Source of the DNA: a virus
Taxonomy: Duplodnaviria > Caudoviricetes
Virus record (IMG/VR): IMGVR_UViG_3300032245_000902
Span: 26,916 to 90,915 of that record
DNA length: 64,000 nt
Strand: one strand, 5' to 3'
The translations under genes were made by a program, and so were the position numbers. Below are positions 1 through 9,387 of this stretch, piece by piece (within the stretch, counting starts at the first letter, position 1; the number at the start of each line of letters is the position of its first letter). The notes under the pieces were generated by a model. It was not told the origin of the DNA. It was given only the letters and a program-made list of their open reading frames with translations, and did not search any database.

Positions 1-699
1 CGATATCAGGCTAAGAACATTGAAGATTCAATACAGGACTTTCAAGAAAAGACTGTCACCGTATTGGATTATGAGTTTGTCAAAACCTACGATACACTAG
101 AAGATATTAATTCTGGTACATTTGCCAATAAGTTAATTTCAATTGATCCATTGGCAAGAACATATAAAACTACCGAATTTAATTATAGTGATTACTTTGA
201 AAAGAAAAAAACATCCTCTCTCAATAAAAATGATGTATTGGTGCCATTAAAAAATAGATTAGGTAAAACACAAAACGAATCTTATGATTCTCGTATTAAA
301 GTATTAACTTCTAATGCTTCACAGAATGAATTACAATATGTTAAAAATATCCCTGGTTCTGTTGCAAAAAATATTGCCATTGAGAATTATATACCTTTAA
401 GAACAGCGCAACTTGGTCTGGCGAATTATACCGTAGTTAAAATTACCATACCAGGTGATCCTGGTATTACTGCTGGTCGAACCATTGACTTTAATCTATT
501 GACATTGAAACCTTCAAGCAACAAAAAAGAGTTGGATAGATATTATTCAGGAACATATTTGGTGAGTGCAGTAAGACATATTATTAGTTCTGGTGGTGCT
601 TATCAAACAGTTTTAGAAATTACCAAAGACAGTTCACCAACAGCATACTCACAGATTGATAATAATAGTCCTGAATTTAGGAAAGCGGTAGATGAATAA
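1..699 (+). CDS. Baseplate hub / gp27-like tail protein, 5' truncated by window edge
   Basis: Frame is open from base 1. C-terminal 'ITIPGDPGITAGRTI..YSGTYLVSAVRHII' is typical of gp27/late-control-D hub proteins, and it lies directly upstream of gp5. Confidence 0.65.
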   Translation, partial: RYQAKNIEDSIQDFQEKTVTVLDYEFVKTYDTLEDINSGTFANKLISIDPLARTYKTTEFNYSDYFEKKKTSSLNKNDVLVPLKNRLGKTQNESYDSRIKVLTSNASQNELQYVKNIPGSVAKNIAIENYIPLRTAQLGLANYTVVKITIPGDPGITAGRTIDFNLLTLKPSSNKKELDRYYSGTYLVSAVRHIISSGGAYQTVLEITKDSSPTAYSQIDNNSPEFRKAVDE

Positions 700-1621
700 C
701 TTTTTAGGCAAAGACGGATTTAATTGGTGGTACGGTGTCGTTGAGGACAATGCTGATCCTCTAAAGACTGGCCGTGTGCGTGTTCGTATATTTGGTTATC
801 ATACTGACAACTTACAAGAGTTACCCACTAAAGATTTACCATGGGCTCAACCATCGTTATCACCTAGTAATTCAAAGACATTTAGTCCACCACGATTAGG
901 TGATTATGTGATGGGATTCTTTTCTGATGGTGAATCCGCACAGGCACCAGTTATCATGGGTGTATTTCCTGGTTTTGAAACATCTTATGATAAATCAAAA
1001 GGGTTTTCACCACAAAGTAATTTAAAACCTGCAACACCACCAACAGGTCAAATACAATATCAAGTGGGTCAACCAACATTGGCACCATTGGCACGAGGTG
1101 TTGTGGCTAATACCGCCATCTCACAGGCGAATTCTAATTTGGCTCATGTGTGTGATATACCGGCAGGTATCAAGTTTGAAATTGCAAAATTAACAATATC
1201 AGTAAGTGGTTTGATTAATACATTACGAACAACAATTGAAGGTTTATGGGCATCATCTACTGCTTCACCATTTGTAGATGAGATTCGTAATGCCATCAAA
1301 ACAATTAAAGCAAAAGTAAAACAAATACAAAAGTTTATTCGTGACCAATTAGAACCATTAAAAGATATACAGGCATTTATACAATCATTAAGAGATTTGA
1401 TTCAATATATTGCCACACTACCAACACGAATTGCTGCTTTTCTAAAACAATGTTTGAGTGAAGCAACGAAAGGTATTTCTGATGCAATTAATGTTGGTAA
1501 AGATATTGCTAAAGAAATAGAAGGCATTCGTCAAGACCAATTAGCGGTTGTTCTGGATAAACAATTATCTATTGAAAATGAAAAAGCATCATCACCAGTG
1601 AAAAATTTTGAGAAACCATAA
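692..1621 (+). CDS. gp5: Baseplate central spike gp5, N-terminal OB-fold part (no lysozyme domain recognised)
   Basis: 'WWYGVVEDNADPLKTGRVRVRIFGYH..LPWAQP..GDYVMGFFSDGESAQAPVIMG' is the gp5 OB-fold signature, followed by a helical tail. Confidence 0.85.
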   Translation: MNNFLGKDGFNWWYGVVEDNADPLKTGRVRVRIFGYHTDNLQELPTKDLPWAQPSLSPSNSKTFSPPRLGDYVMGFFSDGESAQAPVIMGVFPGFETSYDKSKGFSPQSNLKPATPPTGQIQYQVGQPTLAPLARGVVANTAISQANSNLAHVCDIPAGIKFEIAKLTISVSGLINTLRTTIEGLWASSTASPFVDEIRNAIKTIKAKVKQIQKFIRDQLEPLKDIQAFIQSLRDLIQYIATLPTRIAAFLKQCLSEATKGISDAINVGKDIAKEIEGIRQDQLAVVLDKQLSIENEKASSPVKNFEKP

Positions 1622-2361
1622 TGACAATATACGCATGGACTGAACCTGAATCAGCAGCTAACACCGATTATCAACCGATATATCCGTATAATACAATTCA
1701 GCAAACTGAAGGGGGCCACTCATTTGAAATGGATGATACGCCAACTCGTGAGCGTGTTCGTATACAACACCGTTCTGGATCATTTATTGAAATGCATCCC
1801 AATGGTGATGAGGTACACAAGATTATTGGTAAAGGTTATGAAATTATTGCCTCTGATAAAGATGTATTGATTAAAGGCATTTGTAATATCACTATACAAG
1901 GCGATTCTGTTCTTAATGTTCAAGGTGATGCATACACACAGATTGATGGCAATGCTTACGAGAATATTAAAGGTAGTGTAAAACAGATTGTGCAAGGTGA
2001 TTCACGACAGATTGTCAACGGTGATATTGATATTGATGCATCTGGTGACATTAATCTTGGTGCTTCAACAGTTAATATCAATGCAGACTTGATGGTTCGT
2101 GGTGACATTGGTTGTTCACAGTCAATACAGGCTGATGGTAACATTACCGCTAAGATTTCATTGTCGGCCACTAAGTCTGTTGAAACGATTGGTTATATGA
2201 TTGCTGGCACCACGATTGATGCTGGTGTTTCAATGTTTGCACCAATGGTATCTGATTTGTTTGGTTCGGTGCAAATGTTCCGTATGAAGGTCAATCAACA
2301 CGTTCATATTGGCAACAAAGGATTTCCAACTTCACCACCAACTAGACCAATGGAGACATAA
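1621..2361 (+). CDS. gp5 C-terminal beta-helix spike encoded as a separate ORF, with HxH apex
   Basis: 'YPYN..TEGGHSFEMDDTPTRERVRIQHRSGSFIEMHPNG', 8-residue V/IxG repeats and a terminal 'HVH..G.PTSPP'. Its ATG overlaps the upstream TAA. Confidence 0.8.
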   Translation: MTIYAWTEPESAANTDYQPIYPYNTIQQTEGGHSFEMDDTPTRERVRIQHRSGSFIEMHPNGDEVHKIIGKGYEIIASDKDVLIKGICNITIQGDSVLNVQGDAYTQIDGNAYENIKGSVKQIVQGDSRQIVNGDIDIDASGDINLGASTVNINADLMVRGDIGCSQSIQADGNITAKISLSATKSVETIGYMIAGTTIDAGVSMFAPMVSDLFGSVQMFRMKVNQHVHIGNKGFPTSPPTRPMET

Positions 2362-3161
2362 TGGGAAGCATATATGGTCGTTTAGGATTTAATTTTGACA
2401 CCGCCAACTTTAATGGTGATGATACCCTTACACCTGGTGTTCTGAATTTTCTCAGTAATTCTTCAATTGACTTATCAACATGGCAAATTGATGATATTGC
2501 AAATACTGCTGTAGGTGGTTATTATGAAAATCCGTATAATGATAATATCGGTGAATTAGCTGTTTTTATAACCGGTATTGGTGCATATGCTAACACAGAA
2601 ACTTATGGTTATGATAATCCAGATTTAGCAAACACTATGTCAGCAGTTGTAAACACCGCACAAACAGCACTTACAAATTTTACTAATCATACAAACAATC
2701 TATCTGGTGTAACACAATCATCCAACACGGCTGCTTATCCTGATTTAAATTCTGGCCTTGGTGTTGGCCGGCAGATATTACAGATTGTGAATAAATCAGA
2801 TGGTGTGCAAAATAATGTGCCAATTCTTGGTAACTTCACGAGCCTGTATGTTGCCAATACAATTGCGGCCTACGCTAATACAATTCGCAACGATTACATT
2901 ACATTAGTGGATTCATTCTTTGGTGCAAACAGTAACATATCAAACTCAGCAATGAACACAATTATTTCAGATGTTCAAACATTTACCAATGAAATTAATG
3001 CACGAACTAGTGGTGACATTACATTTTATACTAATTCATATGAAATATTGAACGAATACTTGTATGTGTTACAATTCTCCAATACTGGTGCAACACAAAA
3101 CAGTTTAATTGAAATTGTTGGCACAGATAAATTAAAAGATGATTTAGGATTGACGACATGA
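2361..3161 (+). CDS. Hypothetical baseplate-region protein
   Basis: 266 aa ORF translationally coupled on both sides (TAATG, ATGA), N/T/S-rich like its virion neighbours. Confidence 0.6.
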   Translation: MGSIYGRLGFNFDTANFNGDDTLTPGVLNFLSNSSIDLSTWQIDDIANTAVGGYYENPYNDNIGELAVFITGIGAYANTETYGYDNPDLANTMSAVVNTAQTALTNFTNHTNNLSGVTQSSNTAAYPDLNSGLGVGRQILQIVNKSDGVQNNVPILGNFTSLYVANTIAAYANTIRNDYITLVDSFFGANSNISNSAMNTIISDVQTFTNEINARTSGDITFYTNSYEILNEYLYVLQFSNTGATQNSLIEIVGTDKLKDDLGLTT

Positions 3162-4009
3162 GTTATACAATAGCCGTACCTGCATCTTCCATTCAAAAGA
3201 CTTTGGATTACGGAATTCCATCAATCACTTCGGTTTCTGGTGGTGTTGCGGTAGCCAATGATACCGTTACAATCACATCGTCTTATCCAAATTTACCAAT
3301 AGTTGCGGATCCAGCATATGCACAGGCCAATGTGGCCACAGGTATTGCAACATCTAGTTATAGTCAGGCTAATACTGCCACAGGAATTGCTGAAGCAGCT
3401 TATGCATTTGCAAATACTATTTCCGGTGGAGCTGCTGTAGATAATGTAGCTAGAGTTTTGGCGCAATCAGCTTATAATGCAGCCAATTCAGCAAATAGTT
3501 ATGCAAATACAATAAACTCCACATTAAGCTCTACTGTTATTTTTGTAAATGAATTTGCTCAATCCGCTTATAGTCAAGCCAATAGTTCATTAACTGCCAC
3601 AGGAAACACATCAACATCTGTTCAATTTGGTTCTTTTGGTGTTGGAACAACAGCATCAGGTACCACAGGAGAAATTCGAGCTACAGATAACATTACGGCT
3701 TACTATTCTGATGATAGATTGAAAAAAAGATTAGGTATTATAGACAATGCTTTACAAAAAGTCAATACTCTAACTGGATTTTACTACGAGGCAAATGAAA
3801 CTGCACAATCTTTAGGTTATAAACCAAAAAGAGAGGTGGGTTTATCTGCTCAAGAAGTTCAAAAGATCCTTCCAGAAATTGTGGTTCCCGCACCAATTGA
3901 TGAACAATATTTAACAATATACTACGAAAAAATTATACCTTTATTGGTCGAGGCAATTAAAGAATTAACTGAAAAAGTAGATAATTTAGAAAAAAACATA
4001 AAAAGGTAA
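3158..4009 (+). CDS. Short fibre protein with C-terminal intramolecular chaperone (peptidase S74)
   Basis: '[48 protein letters not shown]' S74 pattern after an Ala/Asn coiled-coil stalk. Confidence 0.8.
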   Translation: MSYTIAVPASSIQKTLDYGIPSITSVSGGVAVANDTVTITSSYPNLPIVADPAYAQANVATGIATSSYSQANTATGIAEAAYAFANTISGGAAVDNVARVLAQSAYNAANSANSYANTINSTLSSTVIFVNEFAQSAYSQANSSLTATGNTSTSVQFGSFGVGTTASGTTGEIRATDNITAYYSDDRLKKRLGIIDNALQKVNTLTGFYYEANETAQSLGYKPKREVGLSAQEVQKILPEIVVPAPIDEQYLTIYYEKIIPLLVEAIKELTEKVDNLEKNIKR

Positions 4010-4091
4010 AAATTCGAAATTTTGTGTTCCGGCCCAAAAATTTTTTGGCACGATTTCAAATACTAAAAAAGCGTTTTTACTCCTAGAGCAG

Positions 4092-4099
4092 AATAAATA
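4092..4099 (+). promoter_or_regulatory. T4-type late promoter (AATAAATA)
   Basis: Close match to the TATAAATA gp55 box just upstream of gp25. Confidence 0.55.
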
Positions 4100-4104
4100 A
4101 ACAA

Positions 4105-4500
4105 ATGGCACTAACAATAACAAAAATATACTCCGATATCGATTTCACTTTTACCAAGAAACCGGTAACGGCCGATGTTGCCCTTAGTTACGATGACCAA
4201 GCGGTCATTCGTTCCATTCGTAACCTATTGTTGACGAATCACTTTGAAAGACCTTTTAATCCAGATTTAGGTTCAAATCTTAATGCCTTACTGTTTGAAA
4301 TGGTATCACCTCTAACGGCTGCATCGTTGGAAAGAGAAATCAATACGATGATTGACAATTATGAACCAAGAGCCAGAGTAAATCAAGTGATTGTGACTCC
4401 TCTTCCAGACAATAATGCTTATAATGTATATCTCAGTTTCTATATTGAGAATGCCACATTACCGACAACAGTAACCCTACTTTTAGAGAGAAATAGATAA
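4105..4500 (+). CDS. gp25: Baseplate wedge subunit gp25
   Basis: 'YSDIDF..AVIRSIRNLLLTNHFERPFNPDLGS..IDNYEPRA' gp25 family pattern, located before gp6. Confidence 0.92.
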   Translation: MALTITKIYSDIDFTFTKKPVTADVALSYDDQAVIRSIRNLLLTNHFERPFNPDLGSNLNALLFEMVSPLTAASLEREINTMIDNYEPRARVNQVIVTPLPDNNAYNVYLSFYIENATLPTTVTLLLERNR

Positions 4501-4501
4501 A

Positions 4502-6577
4502 ATGGCAGGTGCTAATTCTAATATCCAAATGACCGATTTGGATTTCAATACAATTAAGAATAATCTAAAGACATACTTACAATCGCAAGATGTATTAAAA
4601 GATTATAACTATGAAGGTTCTGCACTTTCTACTTTATTAGATATTCTTGCTTATAATACACAGTATAGTGCATATTATTTGAATCAAGTGGGTAATGAGA
4701 TGTTTTTGGACACAGCCATCCAAAGAGGATCAGTCATTTCTCATGCCAAACTATTAAACTATACACCACGGTCAGCCATTGCACCTACAGCCATAATTGA
4801 TTTACAAGTAAACCAGGTAACTGGATCTTCGTTGACATTACCAAAGTTTACTCAGTTTATGTCAGAAGCTATTGAAGGTGTAAACTATAACTTTGTTACT
4901 GCCGATTCATACACAGAAAACACTTCTGGTGGTGTGGTCAACTTTAATAATATCACTTTAAAACAAGGTTTGGCAACAACATTAAACTTTACTGTTGATT
5001 CTATCAATAACCCATCATATACATTTGAAATACCTGATGAGAATGTAGACACATCAACAATTACTGTTACAGTTCAACAATCATCTTCAAATGCGGCCTC
5101 TGAAGTATATACTTTGGCCACTAATTTCTTGGCACTCACAGGTGATTCTAAAGTATACTTTTTACAAGAGAGTTTAACAAACACCTATCAAATCTATTTT
5201 GGTGATGGTGTTATTGGTAATAAATTAGTTGATGGTAATATTGTAACCGTATCGTATGTGGTAACATCAGGCACTTCTGCGGCTGATGCCAATAATTTTG
5301 TATTGATGGATTCAATTTCAGGTTATTCAAATACATCTGTTTTCCCTGTAACAGCAGCAACAGCAGGTAACGATAGAGAAACAATTGAATCTATTAAATT
5401 TCAGGCACCTAAATCTTATGCAGCACAAAATCGTGCCGTTACTAAAAACGATTACATTACCGCCATTCAACAAAATAGTTTAGGTATTTCATTTGATGCA
5501 GTAAGTGTATGGGGTGGTGAAGAAAATTCTCCTCCTGTATATGGTCAAGTGTTTATTTCTTTAAAGCCAACAGGTGCTTTTAGTTTAACTCAATCACAGA
5601 AACAACAAATTACATCACAAGTTTTAAGTCCTATTTCTGTGGTAACAGTTACACCTACAATTGTTGATCCTGATTATACATACATTCTTTTAACAGTTAA
5701 TGTAGTATATGATCCAAATAAAACAAATCAAACATCAGCACAATTACAATCAGGTATCAAGTCAGCAATACAAGCATTTACAAATAATACATTAAATACT
5801 TTTAATTCTACATTCAATACTTACGATTTACTGAATACAATCCAAACATACAGTACCTCTGTAATTACTAGTGAATACTCCATGAAACTGGAGAAAAAGT
5901 TTTTACCTAATTTAACCACACCAACAACATATAATCTCTATTATAATACACCACTTCAAGCAGGTCGTTTTTTAAGTGGTGTGGGTAGTTCACCTGGAAT
6001 GAGTTTTAGAGATCCAGCTAATTTGGCCAACACGATTGACGGTGTTTATATTGAAGAAGTACCAACATCAACTAATGGAGTTGAATCAATTTCGATTTTA
6101 AATCCTGGTTTTTCTTATCAAAGCACACCAACAGTTACTATCATGGGTGATGGCACAGGTGCAACTGCAACAGCCAAAATATCTGGTGGTTCTATACAAA
6201 GTGTTACAGTTACCAATTCAGGTAATGGATACACCAGTGCAATTGCAATGGTGACACCGGCTGCCGGTGATACAACAGGTCAATTAGCATCTCTTGTTGT
6301 TAATTTAGAAGGTCGTTACGGCACACTCAGAACATATTATTTTGATGATTCTGGTGTTAAAACTATTTTCAATTCAAATATTGGTACAATTGATTATCAA
6401 GAGGGTGTCATTACATTGAACTCATTTAATCCACTTACAATCGATAATGATTTTGGTCAACTGTCTATAATGGCCACACCAACTACAACAATTGTTTCTT
6501 CTTCATACAATCGAATTATTACTGTTGATCCTTTTGATCCAACAGCAATAACCGTTAACGTCACTGCCAAATCATGA
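4502..6577 (+). CDS. gp6: Baseplate wedge subunit gp6
   Basis: 'LDFNTIKNNLKTYL..DYNYEGSALSTLLDILAYNT', 'QNRAVTKNDY', 'VWGGEE..YGQVFIS'. Confidence 0.93.
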   Translation: MAGANSNIQMTDLDFNTIKNNLKTYLQSQDVLKDYNYEGSALSTLLDILAYNTQYSAYYLNQVGNEMFLDTAIQRGSVISHAKLLNYTPRSAIAPTAIIDLQVNQVTGSSLTLPKFTQFMSEAIEGVNYNFVTADSYTENTSGGVVNFNNITLKQGLATTLNFTVDSINNPSYTFEIPDENVDTSTITVTVQQSSSNAASEVYTLATNFLALTGDSKVYFLQESLTNTYQIYFGDGVIGNKLVDGNIVTVSYVVTSGTSAADANNFVLMDSISGYSNTSVFPVTAATAGNDRETIESIKFQAPKSYAAQNRAVTKNDYITAIQQNSLGISFDAVSVWGGEENSPPVYGQVFISLKPTGAFSLTQSQKQQITSQVLSPISVVTVTPTIVDPDYTYILLTVNVVYDPNKTNQTSAQLQSGIKSAIQAFTNNTLNTFNSTFNTYDLLNTIQTYSTSVITSEYSMKLEKKFLPNLTTPTTYNLYYNTPLQAGRFLSGVGSSPGMSFRDPANLANTIDGVYIEEVPTSTNGVESISILNPGFSYQSTPTVTIMGDGTGATATAKISGGSIQSVTVTNSGNGYTSAIAMVTPAAGDTTGQLASLVVNLEGRYGTLRTYYFDDSGVKTIFNSNIGTIDYQEGVITLNSFNPLTIDNDFGQLSIMATPTTTIVSSSYNRIITVDPFDPTAITVNVTAKS

Positions 6578-9384
6578 CCATTGCTAACGGCCAAAAAACA
6601 TCACTACTAATACCATCACAACTTCCCGAATTTGTTCGGGATGAACCTGCGTATGCCAATTTTGTATTATTTCTACAGGCATACTATGAATGGTTGGAAC
6701 AAAATAATAATGTAGAAGATAGAACAAAAAATATTTTAAATTATATCGATATTGACAAAACATCGGCTGAATTTTTAGATTATTTCTATGAAGATTTTTT
6801 ATCTTATTTTCCTGATGAAATTCTAGCAGACAAACAAAAGGTTGCTAAAATTGCAAGAGACCTTTATCAATCAAAAGGTACACAGGCGGCCTATCGTTTT
6901 CTTTTCAGAACATTATACAATACTGATGTGGAGTTCTTTTATACCAAAGACGCTGTTCTTCGTGCATCATCAGGTAAATGGTACATTGCAAAAAGTTTAA
7001 AATTAGATTCAGATAATGTAAGCTTCTTAGATTGTGTCAATTATCGAATCTTTGGTGAAACATCCAAATCTATTGCAACAATTGAAAATGCAATTATTTC
7101 TGGTAACAAAATAGAAGTATTCATTTCTGATATTCAACGACTGTTTCAGTCTGGTGAGTTTGTTCGTGTAGTTGATGTTAATAATCAAGATATATTATTT
7201 GATGGTCAACCACTCATTGCAAAAATTGTAGGTCAGATTAGTCAAATTCGTATCAACCCAAATTATCGTGGTCTATTATATCAACCAGGCGATCCAGTTA
7301 TTGTGTATGGAGGATTAAATTCGGCTAATGGTGAAGGTGCTACGGCTACTGTAAATGAGACCACTTCTGGATCACTTCAACGTATTAAATTGGAATTTGG
7401 AGGTTATGGTTATCGTAATAATCCAAACACTATCATTACATTAACAAATGCACCAGGTGCGATTGTTACTGTTAATGGTTTAAATCCTGCGGCTAATGGT
7501 GTTGCCAATGTTACTTTTGTACCAACAGATGTTATTTCTTTAAAACGATTAACACAGATAGGTGCTGCAGATTATGTTTTCTCTAATGTGGCTTTAGCTA
7601 ATGCAAACACCACTTTGGCCAATGCATTTACATATACTGGATTTTCTGCATTTCCTATTTCTTCTGTTTTAGTAGAAAATTCCGGCGGAGGAATTTCTTC
7701 TATACCATCAGTTGAGGCCACATCACAATATACAACTGATGTGTCAGGTAGTTTAGCTAACCTGAAAAATTTAGGTATTTTGGCACCAATACAGATTATT
7801 TCTGCAGGCCAAGGTTATCAAAACAATGATATTATTTTATTTGCTGGTGGTTCTGGACTAGGAGCCAATGCCAAAGTAAGTTCTGTAGGAAGTAATGGAC
7901 AAATATTATCTGTTGAATATACATACCCATCACAGAGATTGACCTATCCATTAGGTGGACTAGGTTATCGTGCTGGCGCTTTGCCGGTTGTAACAGTATC
8001 ATCTGCAAATGTGGCGGCCGCTAATGCTGTATTGGTAGTTCCTGGAATATTAGGTGATGGAGCAACTTTCTCATCAATTGTGGATCGTGTTGGTTCAATT
8101 ACATCAATTAATATTTTAAATGCTGGTGAAGATTATGTAGCTACACCAAATGTTTCACTTAAAATTCAAGACATTGTTGTAGCCAATTTAACAATTAATA
8201 CTGTGCCTGTTGCCGGTGATATTGTATATCAAGGTGTAACATTAGCCAACTCAACTTATCAAGCTACAGTAGATTCAACTTCATTACTAGCGCCTTTTGG
8301 TGATCCATTACAATCACTATACCGTTTAAGAGTATATGGTTATACATCATCTCCTAATCCAAGTCAAGTTATCCGTATTGCGAATAGTTCAACTATAATG
8401 TCTATGACTGGTACCTATTCAGCCATCAATACTGCAACACGATTTGATTCTACAGGTTTAATTACATATGGTGATGGTACTGCTCGTGCAGATGCCTCAT
8501 TCTTAAATGGTCTGGTAATTAGTCAAGGACAATACCTCGATACAACTGGTCAACCAAGTTCATTTGATGTTCTACAAAGTGAAATCTATAACAATTTTAC
8601 ATATCAAATTACATTAGAAAAAGAAATTGCAAAGTATAGAGATACATTGCTGAATTTACTACATCCAACCGGTATGAAGGTCATTGGTCGGTATGCAATG
8701 AAATCTAATGATGCAATTGATTTGACCACCGTTTCAGCATTAGACACAGGTTTCCCATTAGGTTATTATACTGGAGATCCTGGTTCTTATGTAACCATGT
8801 CATCTACATGGAACAATTATAGTAATAACATTGTTAACTTTAAATCACTTGTTGGTGCCAACTTAGAAAACATTGTATTACCAAATAGTAGTCTGTCTAT
8901 TACATTGACCAACGGATTCCAAATATTCTCTGAAGTGTCTGAGATTTATGGTAACGGAGCCAACAATGTTGTTCTCAGAGATAATGTTTGGTTAACCTAT
9001 GCAAATGTTGCTTATGTGACAGCAAATGCTGGCAGTAACGTCATAAATATAACATCATTGACAGGTTCTTATAACATTGTTAACGGTGGCGCTTACAGTA
9101 ATACACAGTATCCACTCAAAGATATCGTGTTTGCTGGTGATAAAGTGTTGGTAGCTAACAATACTGAAAAAACGGTACAAAGTGTTAACTGGACTGGTGG
9201 TACAGTTACTTTGACCAGTAATTTGGCCAACACAGTTAATTCATTAATGTCGGTACAGAGAACAGTTAATACAACAGATGTCATTATATACGGACCTGTT
9301 GGCCAACAATATTCACCTGAGTTAATCACACAGGATGGAGATACAATTGCAACACAAGATAACAACGTCATTATACTAGGGTAA
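6574..9384 (+). CDS. gp7: Baseplate wedge initiator gp7-like protein
   Basis: 'QLPEFVR..FLQAYYEWLE', 'YQSKGT..FLFRTLY', 'LLHPTGMK'; lies between gp6 and gp8. Confidence 0.8.
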   Translation: MTIANGQKTSLLIPSQLPEFVRDEPAYANFVLFLQAYYEWLEQNNNVEDRTKNILNYIDIDKTSAEFLDYFYEDFLSYFPDEILADKQKVAKIARDLYQSKGTQAAYRFLFRTLYNTDVEFFYTKDAVLRASSGKWYIAKSLKLDSDNVSFLDCVNYRIFGETSKSIATIENAIISGNKIEVFISDIQRLFQSGEFVRVVDVNNQDILFDGQPLIAKIVGQISQIRINPNYRGLLYQPGDPVIVYGGLNSANGEGATATVNETTSGSLQRIKLEFGGYGYRNNPNTIITLTNAPGAIVTVNGLNPAANGVANVTFVPTDVISLKRLTQIGAADYVFSNVALANANTTLANAFTYTGFSAFPISSVLVENSGGGISSIPSVEATSQYTTDVSGSLANLKNLGILAPIQIISAGQGYQNNDIILFAGGSGLGANAKVSSVGSNGQILSVEYTYPSQRLTYPLGGLGYRAGALPVVTVSSANVAAANAVLVVPGILGDGATFSSIVDRVGSITSINILNAGEDYVATPNVSLKIQDIVVANLTINTVPVAGDIVYQGVTLANSTYQATVDSTSLLAPFGDPLQSLYRLRVYGYTSSPNPSQVIRIANSSTIMSMTGTYSAINTATRFDSTGLITYGDGTARADASFLNGLVISQGQYLDTTGQPSSFDVLQSEIYNNFTYQITLEKEIAKYRDTLLNLLHPTGMKVIGRYAMKSNDAIDLTTVSALDTGFPLGYYTGDPGSYVTMSSTWNNYSNNIVNFKSLVGANLENIVLPNSSLSITLTNGFQIFSEVSEIYGNGANNVVLRDNVWLTYANVAYVTANAGSNVINITSLTGSYNIVNGGAYSNTQYPLKDIVFAGDKVLVANNTEKTVQSVNWTGGTVTLTSNLANTVNSLMSVQRTVNTTDVIIYGPVGQQYSPELITQDGDTIATQDNNVIILG

Positions 9385-9387
9385 TAA

